Assembly (NCBI GenBank): GCA_038858525.1
Contig: JAWCFL010000034.1
Location: 1 to 17,044 of the forward strand
Reading direction: 5' to 3'
Origin: Candidatus Jordarchaeales archaeon
GTDB lineage: Archaea; Asgardarchaeota; Jordiarchaeia; Jordiarchaeales; Freyrarchaeaceae
DNA length: 17,044 nucleotides
The notes below the pieces were generated by a model that saw only the letters and a list, made by a program, of their open reading frames with translations, made no database searches and was not told the DNA's origin. Within the stretch, counting starts at the first letter, position 1. Each line of letters begins with the position of its first letter. Positions 1 to 7,369 of this stretch are shown here, piece after piece. A program made the position numbers and the translations under genes.

Positions 1-15
1 GGTGGGGGTGGGGGG

Positions 16-327
16 GTGGAGGAGGTGAGGGATGTGTTGTTGGGTTTGTTGGAGAAGTATTCGCGGGAGAACTCCAAGATGGATTTGGTTCTTCACATTG
101 TGTGGTCGGTTGTCGAGGCGCTTATACGTGACGCTGAGGAGTGTATGGTTGAGAACGTGCTGGATGACGTGTTGTCGCTTGGATACGCTCTTAGTTTGGT
201 TTCTCAGAGGCTGAGTAGTGATGAGAAGGAGTTGCTGAGGGGGGCGGAGAGGAAGCTGATGGGGGAAGTTAAGCGGGCGGTTAAAAGATGCATGATGAAA
301 GTTGCAAGAATACCTATAAGGGCTTGA
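16..327 (+). CDS. Hypothetical helical protein whose last codons and stop lie inside CRISPR repeat 1; possibly truncated by the array
   Basis: Frame is open from the window start. It has Glu/Leu/Val-rich helical composition and G-rich codons like other + strand genes here. Codons 301-327 (VARIPIRA*) come from the repeat. Start is uncertain (GTG 16, 25 or 34; GAGGTG at 22-27). Confidence 0.55.
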   Translation: MEEVRDVLLGLLEKYSRENSKMDLVLHIVWSVVEALIRDAEECMVENVLDDVLSLGYALSLVSQRLSSDEKELLRGAERKLMGEVKRAVKRCMMKVARIPIRA

Positions 328-531
328 AACCCGCTGAGCGAGGCGATTGGGGAGGGGAGGGAGGGGGTTGCAAGAATACCTATAAGGGCTTGAAACAACA
401 TTTTGCTTGATGAGCGCACGTTGGTCCGCAACGGTTGCAAGAATACCTATAAGGGCTTGAAACCCACGCTGCTGCCAGTACTGTTTCGCGGCGTTGACGA
501 GTTGCAAGAATTACCTATAAGGGCTTGAAAT
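301..531 (+). CRISPR. CRISPR array, 4 repeats / 3 spacers, repeat GTTGCAAGAATACCTATAAGGGCTTGAAAC (30 bp)
   Basis: Identical repeats at 301-330, 367-396 and 434-463. A variant terminal repeat at 501-531 has one extra T and a 3' C>T change. Unique spacers are 36, 37 and 37 bp. The GTTGCAA...TTGAAAC ends are typical of archaeal repeats and give + orientation. Confidence 0.95.
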
Positions 532-1073
532 GTTTCGTCTTGATGGAGCATTGTTCGCTAGCCTGTTGAGTTCTGCGTTACCGTGTTTTGTGGAGTGGAT
601 GATGTGCTTGAAATAGCTGTTAGGGAAGTGATTGCTATGTGTAGGCTTGAAGTGACTGACTGCCATGTCTTAATTGATGTTTGCTAGGTCTCCTATGTTC
701 GCCTTGCTTATTGTTATGGTTAACCCAAGTAATTATGCTTTGGAGGACGAAGTGTTTTCGAAGTTTAAAAGTAACATTTCGAGCAACCTGCGGGTCTCTT
801 GGTTTACGTTTTCATGTTCGGGAAAAACGGTCCATCACTCCCTAGACGTGTTTGCATTCTTTAGCAAGGCTCCTTTTCTAATCTAAATTTCCCTTTTGGG
901 ATAGTTTCATTTGGGGATAGTGTCATTTATGCTTGCCGGTTGTTTCGTGTCTATGTTTAGGTTTGGTGAGGTTATTGTGGCGTCTACTTCTTTATGCCTG
1001 ATTAGGCTCTTCGTGTCTTCTAGGTGGTCCGTCGTGTGAATCTATTTCTGGTGCCCGATTTCTAGCACCCGCC

Positions 1074-2124
1074 CTATTGTGAGGAGTATTTCTTGAAGAG
1101 GTTGATCATTCTGTCAACGTCTTCCTTGGTCTTTGCGACCTTTGACGTCCTTATGGCCTCCCTGACAGATTTCGAGTACTCTGAGACTTTTTCAGCAATG
1201 TACCTCGCCAATTCTGCGTCCATGCCTCTCCTCTTTGCAAGGTAGTTTGTCGTTATTTTCAAAAATTCATCCTTTATGTACTCTTTGAGGTGGAAGACCT
1301 GAAACCTGTCCAAAAGCTCACGTGGAAGTTTGTCGATCCTGTTGCATGCGGCTATAACTGAGCATGGGAACTTCTCAACAGCATGCATCTTGTGCTTTGT
1401 TACTATGATGCGTTGGGACTCCATGAGTGTTAGGAGGACGCTTAAGTCCTTCGGGTCGTCTATTTTCTCCAACTCGTCAATCAGTAGGATGCGGGGCTTT
1501 TCTTCAATTAACATGTCCCTGATGCCGACCTTGCTGCTAGTTCCTGCAGTTATAAATTTGGTGTTGGGAAGCCTTTCGATCTCCATCAGGAAGAGTGTCT
1601 TGGCTGTTCCTGGGGGGCCGACTAGCAGCACGTGGAACGGCTCATCTAGAGTGACGATCTTCAGCATAAAACTCTTCAAGTCGTCGTAGCCCTCTATGAC
1701 GTCAAACATGTCAGGAGGCACGCCACTCTCCACTTTCTCTGTAACGCTTTCATCGACTTGCTGTATGCTCTCATACTCCTCTATTTCCTTCATTATTCCC
1801 TCGCGATCCACGAGCAGGTACGACTTCCTCCTGCCGCCAAACGCCCTAACGATGCCTGCTATCAACAGTTTCTCCACAATCCTCCAGTGTACACCCACGT
1901 CCTTCCAGTCCCACAATGGTTTCAATCCAAGTTTTGATAACGTTTCGTTTTTCGCCCGAAGAATCTCGTCAACCTCAGATTGGTCGTAAACAGTGTTTCA
2001 ATCCAAGTTTTGATAACGTTTCGTTTTTCGCTATCTCCTGCTCCTCCTTTATTTCGTAATTTATTATTTTCTTCAACGCTTCCCTAATTTCGTCATTAGA
2101 TATTATGCTATACTTACTCGTCAT
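1074..2124 (-). pseudogene. wHTH + AAA+ ATPase (RuvB-like/MGE-type), 324 aa when reconstructed; interrupted by a 76-bp repeat+spacer insertion
   Basis: ATG at 2124 with SD GAGGTG reads MTSKYSIISNDEIREALKKIINYEIKEEQEIAKNETLSKLGLK and then stops in the insert (TGA 1975-1977). The downstream frame 1925-1074 has Walker A GPPGTAKT, Walker B LLIDELEK, sensor-1 AACN and Arg-finger LLDRF. Removing 76 bp fuses the two in frame (...SKLGLKPLWDWKDVGV...). Confidence 0.9.
1919..2031 (-). CRISPR. Single-spacer mini-array, repeat GCGAAAAACGAAACGTTATCAAAACTTGGATTGAAAC (37 bp) x2 with a 39-bp spacer
   Basis: Exact 37-bp direct repeats at 1919-1955 and 1995-2031 flank a unique 39-bp segment at 1956-1994. The minus-strand 3' end is the canonical ATTGAAAC. 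Confidence 0.8.
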
Positions 2125-2527
2125 CACTCACCTCACCACATTATTGATCGACTATATTCTTCATTGATGTTTCTTTTATCGCATCTCCGCCGATATTCTA
2201 TTTAGTACAGGAAGATTTGTTCCCATGCCTATTTAACGGATTCCTTTGGCGGTATGTTTAGGGTTAAATGGGGGTCGTTTGAAGACGTTTTTGTTGTTTT
2301 CCTTCAAGTCCCCGGGTACTAAACGCAAATATAGTTTTTCTTTCTTGACTCAGAGCTGGGTGAGTGTTTTTCTGGGGGGATTTGTCGTGTTTGGGTGTTG
2401 TTTTCGGAGTTCGAGGGGCATCCAGTCCCCCAGTGGAGCTTTCACCGCTCCCCCGGAGGTATTTCCTAGGATTTCAGTCCTCGCACCTCCAAAACACGCT
2501 TAATTCACCATTCACCACACAGCCTTT

Positions 2528-2571
2528 CAGAGTAACAGCTAACTGATGGCAGAGTGACAGCTAACTAATGG
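2528..2571. repeat. 22-bp tandem duplication (CAGAGT[A/G]ACAGCTAACT[G/A]ATGG), 2 mismatches
   Basis: Copies at 2528-2549 and 2550-2571, read directly. Confidence 0.75.
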
Positions 2572-2601
2572 AGCACCCACTATCCGGGAAACAGTAAAGG
2601 C

Positions 2602-2707
2602 AAGTGAGAACTGATCCGTGCATGTGCATCAGCCACTTCCTTTATCTTTTTCGGGATATTGATGTTCACCATTAGTGTAAGTGAGACCTGATCTGTGCGT
2701 GTGCGTC
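2602..2707. repeat. 29-bp imperfect direct repeat pair, period 77 bp
   Basis: AAGTGAGAACTGATCCGTGCATGTGCATC (2602-2630) vs AAGTGAGACCTGATCTGTGCGTGTGCGTC (2679-2707), 4 mismatches. Confidence 0.7.
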
Positions 2708-2944
2708 GACTACAAGCTTCAATCCTTCCGTTATACTTTTATCGGTGAACGGTGACGAAAACCCATTTCTCAGAGCCCGCAAAGCCCGCCACCAGCAAAC
2801 CATTAACCAGCGGACATAAACCACCCTATCCACCGGGGGAGGGGCGCGAACAAGTCAAGGCACTTAGCATGCAGTCCTCACAAAAAACATCAAAAAATAA
2901 CATTCAAAGAAGCAAAAAGGGGGGGATGACTGGTCAACTCAAAG

Positions 2945-3747
2945 CTAGCGGGGATGGGAGGAAGGAGGAGCAGGGCCTGACGGAGGAACAGACGGAGGAA
3001 CAGCAGGTCGAGGAACAGTGGGTTGAGAAACACCATACCTCTGAAAGGTACTATAGAAAGCCACTGCCCAAAGTATCGAAGACACAAACATTAGTATTAA
3101 TAGGACGACACTAACAATGTTTAGGATTCCTGCTGCTAGAGTGACTGAGGGAGACCCTGTATCTTCTCTTACTGTGGTTCCAGCGATGCCAGAAGTGAGC
3201 AAGAATGCACCTAGAGCTGTGAGTGAGAAAAACAAGGGCCAAATCGTTGGTTGAGTGACGCGCACTAGAAAACCTAGAAAAGATGGACTCTGTTCTACTG
3301 ATAATAACATGAATATATATATGGAACCGGTCCTGTTAATCTCTCTATTAATATTAAAATATATAGTATGAGGGTCACTGGGGAGACAATAAGACCAATG
3401 ATGAATGTGACCATTCCAGAGGTTCTTCCTGTGGCTTTATGGATGCCGTAGAAGCCTAAGCTAATCAGAAGGACGTGCAGAAACAGGAAAATCCCCGTCA
3501 TCGCTGAAACAATCCCAAAAGTCGGCCAAACAGATTCAACGACAAAGAGGTAGTTAAAGAAGAGTAACATTGCCATGGAGTAAGGTATCGGACGTATTGC
3601 AATAAACGGGGATGATAATAAATAGGCGATATAATCACCTATTGAATATAAATTGCTGAACAAGATTATGTGGTAGACGAATATTGGAAAGGCTATTGTT
3701 CCGATTATTCCTCCGGCCATCCCCATTAGTAGCATTGCTCTGCTCAC
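2945..3747 (-). pseudogene. Polytopic membrane protein with Pro-rich C-tail, split into two ORFs (3747-3295 and 3310-2945) by a frameshift at an (AT)5 tract
   Basis: Both ORFs are strongly hydrophobic and overlap at (AT)5, 3313-3322. Deleting one AT unit gives a continuous ~266-aa protein (...LTGPVPYIFMLLSVEQ...). They could alternatively be two genes. Confidence 0.65.
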
Positions 3748-3791
3748 TTTTTCTCTCCCCTTTAATTTTTTAGGAAAAAAATGTGTTTTTT

Positions 3792-3806
3792 TATTTAAGT
3801 TTTTTG
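3792..3806 (-). promoter_or_regulatory. Putative archaeal BRE-TATA promoter for the membrane-protein gene
   Basis: Minus strand reads CAAAAAA-CTTAAATA about 45 bp upstream of the GTG at 3747. Confidence 0.5.
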
Positions 3807-4244
3807 TAGTGGGTTGTTTGGTCTTGTTGGGGTTGTAGGGTGATTTTCGTTTAGCTGCGTGGGTGTGTTGGAGGCTTAAAGCGTTGTTTGAGCTAAAAGT
3901 GGATGCTGATCCTGCTTTCGAGAAGAGGGGGGAAGGCGATCCTGGCTTGCATTAAGAGGTGCCTCTTATCTGTCCCGTATTGTATAATCAGTAGTGATGG
4001 TGGATGGGGGTGAGGAGTTATGTTTCTATGTGGTTGGTGTTGACGAGTACGTTTGCGACTCGTAGAGGGGTCTTTATGGGAGGGGTTTCTAGGTTTGTGT
4101 TTTTGTTTTTCTTTGTGGGGTGGGGTTTGCTGGCGCTTGTTGTGTGGGTTTCGTGTGTTGCTGCTGTTGCGTGGGTTTTGGTGGTTATGTTTTTATTTTT
4201 GTTTTGTGTTGTTTTTTTGGAAGTTTATTTCTGGTGGTGTTGTT

Positions 4245-5684
4245 TTGGGGCGGACTGGGTCGACTTATAGGGCTAGGTTGGTTATGGTTTTTCATGCTTG
4301 TTTGGAGCTTCAGTCTGTTGATGGTGAGGTTCGTGTTGGTAGGCTTGCTGAGAGGGTTGATTTGACTGAGAGGGCTGTGAAGGATTATCTTGATGACCTT
4401 TCGAGTTTGGGTGTTTTGTCTTATAGGGGGGCGGGGAGGTATGTTGTTAATGAGGGTTTTGTTAAGAGTCTTGGTGAGGACTTGCTTTTTGAGCCCTCGT
4501 CTAGTGTTGTTATTGATGAGGGCTTGCTGCATGCTGGTTTGGTTGGTGTTGAGCCTGTTTCGAGGAAGGTTCAGCGTGTTTTGAGGAAGCTTGAGTTTCC
4601 CTTGGTTTCGGGGGAGGAGGTGAGGGAGCGGCTGGTTGCTGCGAGGGTTGGGGACTACGTTTTTCCGGTTAGGCTTTTGGGGGATGGGCTTGTTCTTCCG
4701 AGGTTTGCCGGTGACGTTCTTCTTGATGGTGTTTGGGTGGCTGGTTCTGCTCCTGCTCATAGTGTTCATAACTTTGTTCTTGGTGATTTTTCCGTGTTGA
4801 CTGTTGTTTGTCTGAGTGTTGGTGGCTTCGTGGGGCTGTTTGAGGGTGGTGTTCTTGATCATGAGAGGTCGGTTAGGAGGAGGATTCCTGACCTCCACTC
4901 CTTTAGGGGTGTGGAGCCCTTCGAGGAGGGGGACCCGTTCTTCGAGTTCTCGACGGACTTTCCGGAGCTTCTTCAGGCGGGGAGGAGTATTGCTGCGAGG
5001 TATCTTAGGGAGATTCAGCATTACAGGATGGGGATAAGGCTGATCGAGGAGTTTGGCGATAAGTTTGACTTCTACTTCCGGCTTGGGTCGCTTGTGCCTC
5101 ACGGCTTCCTCGTTGCCTCCAAGGTTCTGGTGAAGCTTAGGGATAAGTGTAACAGGTTGTTTTACGACCTGGTTAGGGTTGCAGGCGAGAAGGGGGTTAC
5201 GCTGGTAGGCGTTAGCCCCGTATCTATGGACAACGTTTTCTTCAGGGCGTGCAGCCAGGTGCTCGGCAAGATTCCGGGGAAGACGAACGACCTTAACTTT
5301 CTCTCCATTGTTTTGAGGGATAGGGACTCGACGTGCCTGATTGAGAGGGGGGAAGAGAAGGGGAAGCCTCCCGTGAGGGACGTCTACGAGTTTTACCTCT
5401 CGCGGAAGGGAATCGTGACGAAGTACGAGTTTGTGTCCAGGGATCCGCTGAGCGACCATAAGAGGGTGGCTGACGTAGCTTACACCCTGACCACGGCGCC
5501 TCTGAGGGAGCGGGAGGAGGCTGGGCCAAGCGTGGTCTCGGTGGCGAGGCAGGAGGCGGCGTTCAACCTTTCATCCCTCGAAAGGTCGGTTGAGCTAAGC
5601 CTCAGGGCGGGCTTCCTAGGAATGCTGGAGAAGATCCAGAGGAGGAGGGATGAGGAGAGGGCGAAGGAGGCGTTTGGAGGGTGA
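4245..5684 (+). CDS. N-terminal winged-HTH fused to a NurA-like (RNase H fold) domain, apparently lacking most catalytic residues
   Basis: Likely start is TTG 4245 after SD GGTGG; the track's 4053 start adds only low-complexity GT-rich sequence. HTH segment: VRVGRLAERVDLTERAVKDYLDDLSSLGVLSY. NurA-like blocks: WVAGS, REIQH, FRLGSL, LVGVS, NDLNFLSIVL, YEFYL...KYEF, GPSVVSVAR. It lies directly upstream of herA, the usual NurA partner. Confidence 0.75.
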   Translation: MGRTGSTYRARLVMVFHACLELQSVDGEVRVGRLAERVDLTERAVKDYLDDLSSLGVLSYRGAGRYVVNEGFVKSLGEDLLFEPSSSVVIDEGLLHAGLVGVEPVSRKVQRVLRKLEFPLVSGEEVRERLVAARVGDYVFPVRLLGDGLVLPRFAGDVLLDGVWVAGSAPAHSVHNFVLGDFSVLTVVCLSVGGFVGLFEGGVLDHERSVRRRIPDLHSFRGVEPFEEGDPFFEFSTDFPELLQAGRSIAARYLREIQHYRMGIRLIEEFGDKFDFYFRLGSLVPHGFLVASKVLVKLRDKCNRLFYDLVRVAGEKGVTLVGVSPVSMDNVFFRACSQVLGKIPGKTNDLNFLSIVLRDRDSTCLIERGEEKGKPPVRDVYEFYLSRKGIVTKYEFVSRDPLSDHKRVADVAYTLTTAPLREREEAGPSVVSVARQEAAFNLSSLERSVELSLRAGFLGMLEKIQRRRDEERAKEAFGG

Positions 5685-5689
5685 GGAGT

Positions 5690-7177
5690 ATGGGCGAGCG
5701 AGCCTTCGAGCTGGGAACGATAATATGTGAGGGCCAGACGCCTAACCACCTCGCCTTCTCTTTTCAGGTGGCTAGGGACGTCGAGGTTAAGGTTGGAGAG
5801 TACGTTGAGGTCCCGCTGGGCTTGAGCGTGATGGTTGGGCGCGTCTACTCGATTCACACTTATAACGAGTACTTTTCCAGCCCGGAGTTTCTCCAGTTCC
5901 ACCTCGAGGATGGGGTTCCGGTTCAGGCCCGCTTCCCGACGCGGATAGGAAGGTGGAGGGTGGCGAGGGTGAGGGTTGTTGGGGTGCTGCGGGGGGACAG
6001 GTTGCTGCCTCCCGAGGTTCCTCCAGAGCCGGGGGACACGGTTTACAGGGCTAAGCCCGAGCTTTTGGAGTCCTTCCTGAAGTTTAGGCCGGACGGGGTG
6101 TTTCTCGGGGTCATGAGGGGGAACAATGACGTTAAGGTTTTCCTGAACCCTGAGCTGCTTCTTCCATACCACGTGGCTGTTCTGGGGGCTACTGGGAGCG
6201 GAAAGTCCTATGCTGTAGGGGTGATCGTGGAGGAGCTTCTGGAGAAGGGGATGCCTGTGGTCGTCGTCGACCCTCACGGGGAGTACAGGTTTTTCTCGCA
6301 GAGGAACGATAACCCGGAGGAGGTTGAGAGGGCCAGGAGGATGGGGGTGACGCCCAGGGGTTTCCCGACCATGGTTTACTCGCTTGGGGAGGACGGGGAC
6401 AGGAAGCTGTCCATAAGCATAGATGACCTTAACCCCTACGCTCTGGCCGAGGTCTGCGACCTGAGCGACGCGCAGTCAGACCTCCTTTACCTGGCGTTCA
6501 GGAAGCTTGGCGGTGGAGGTTACGGGCTGGATGAGCTTGTCGGTGCGGTCAAGGCGGCGGCTAGGGAGTGGGGGTTTCAGAAGAACACGTTGACGGCGGT
6601 CCTCAGGAAGATACAGGCGCTGAACGAGTTCGTTTTTTTCGGGAAGAGTATAAGTGTGGGTGACCTCGTCAAGCCAGGCCACTTGTCTGTTCTAGACCTG
6701 AGTGGGGGGGTGGATGAGGAGATTAGGAGGACTGTTGTTGGAGTGGTTTTAGAGAGGATGTTTAACGCTAGGAGGAGGGGGGAGATTCCTCCAGTGGTGG
6801 TGGTCGTCGAGGAAAGCCACAGGTTCGCCCCTCAGGGGGTGAGGAGCTACTGTGGCTCGGTGCTGAGGAGGATCGCGAGGGAGGGGAGAAAGTTCGGGGT
6901 GACGCTTTGCCTGACCAGCCAGAGGGTTGCGGGGCTAGATAAGGACGTCCTGACGCAGTGTGGAACGAAGATCATCCTACGCATAGAGGGAGCCTACGAC
7001 ATAGAGTACCTCAAGCCGATCTTAGACTACGCCAGTGCTGATGAAGCTGAGAGGATACCTCTCCTACCTACGGGGACCGCCATGGTTACCGGAATGGCGA
7101 CGAGGACGCCGATTCTGGTGGATGTGAGGCCGAGAAAGACGAAGCACGGGGGAGGACACCAGGCGTTCTGGAGATAG
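5690..7177 (+). CDS. herA: HerA-family ATPase/helicase (HAS barrel + FtsK/HerA motor)
   Basis: N-terminal HAS-barrel-like region, Walker A HVAVLGATGSGKS, VVDPHGEY, Walker B VVVEESHRFAP, and AREGRKFG...TSQR. ATG 5690 follows SD GAGGAG, 5 nt after the NurA-like stop. Confidence 0.93.
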   Translation: MGERAFELGTIICEGQTPNHLAFSFQVARDVEVKVGEYVEVPLGLSVMVGRVYSIHTYNEYFSSPEFLQFHLEDGVPVQARFPTRIGRWRVARVRVVGVLRGDRLLPPEVPPEPGDTVYRAKPELLESFLKFRPDGVFLGVMRGNNDVKVFLNPELLLPYHVAVLGATGSGKSYAVGVIVEELLEKGMPVVVVDPHGEYRFFSQRNDNPEEVERARRMGVTPRGFPTMVYSLGEDGDRKLSISIDDLNPYALAEVCDLSDAQSDLLYLAFRKLGGGGYGLDELVGAVKAAAREWGFQKNTLTAVLRKIQALNEFVFFGKSISVGDLVKPGHLSVLDLSGGVDEEIRRTVVGVVLERMFNARRRGEIPPVVVVVEESHRFAPQGVRSYCGSVLRRIAREGRKFGVTLCLTSQRVAGLDKDVLTQCGTKIILRIEGAYDIEYLKPILDYASADEAERIPLLPTGTAMVTGMATRTPILVDVRPRKTKHGGGHQAFWR

Positions 7178-7369
7178 GAGCAGGAAGGACGTTAAGCGGA
7201 TAACGGGTCTGACGGGGTGCTGGTTCTCGAAAAAAGGGTTCTTTCGTGATGAACGCTGGGGTGGCTTCAACCAGCATCTCCACTTTTCACGCCTCGCGTT
7301 GTTGGAACGAAAGGGTCATTTATTCGTTCTGCTCATAGAGTGATTGTCCTTTTCGTGGTGGGCGGGATT

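Noticed and set aside
674-886. 70-aa + strand ORF
   Set aside because: No SD, no motif and atypical codon usage; likely spurious intergenic ORF.
895-926. 16-bp tandem repeat TT[T/G]GGGATAGT[T/G]TCAT x2
   Set aside because: Too short and only two copies; no function can be supported.
890-1068. Minus-strand broken frame GRVLEIGHQK*...DTKSLIRHKEVDATITSP, reminiscent of a methyltransferase fragment
   Set aside because: Contains an internal stop, is short, and the similarity rests on a few residues. It cannot be supported without a search.
4053-4244. N-terminal extension of the NurA-like ORF and overlapping + strand ORFs 4004-4270 and 4120-4365
   Set aside because: Stop-free by virtue of G/T low complexity, with Cys/Trp/Phe-rich nonsense translation. 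An SD-linked TTG at 4245 is a better start.
5445-5455. 11-nt identity between the 5' end of array-1 spacer 1 (CCGCTGAGCGA) and the NurA-like coding sequence (possible self-regulatory seed match)
   Set aside because: The match ends at 11 nt and lies mid-gene rather than at a promoter. About one such match is expected by chance across all spacer positions and both strands. No other spacer matches were seen in the window by eye.
4185-6277. Long minus-strand ORFs 4185-5459 (424 aa) and 5480-6277 (265 aa)
   Set aside because: Antisense shadows of the GT-skewed nurA-like and herA genes, with Pro/Asn/Lys/His-biased composition and no motifs.
7218-7277. Weak inverted repeat (GTGCTGGTT...AACCAGCAT) between herA and cas6
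   Set aside because: Only ~9-bp arms with a long loop; not convincing as a terminator or ncRNA.
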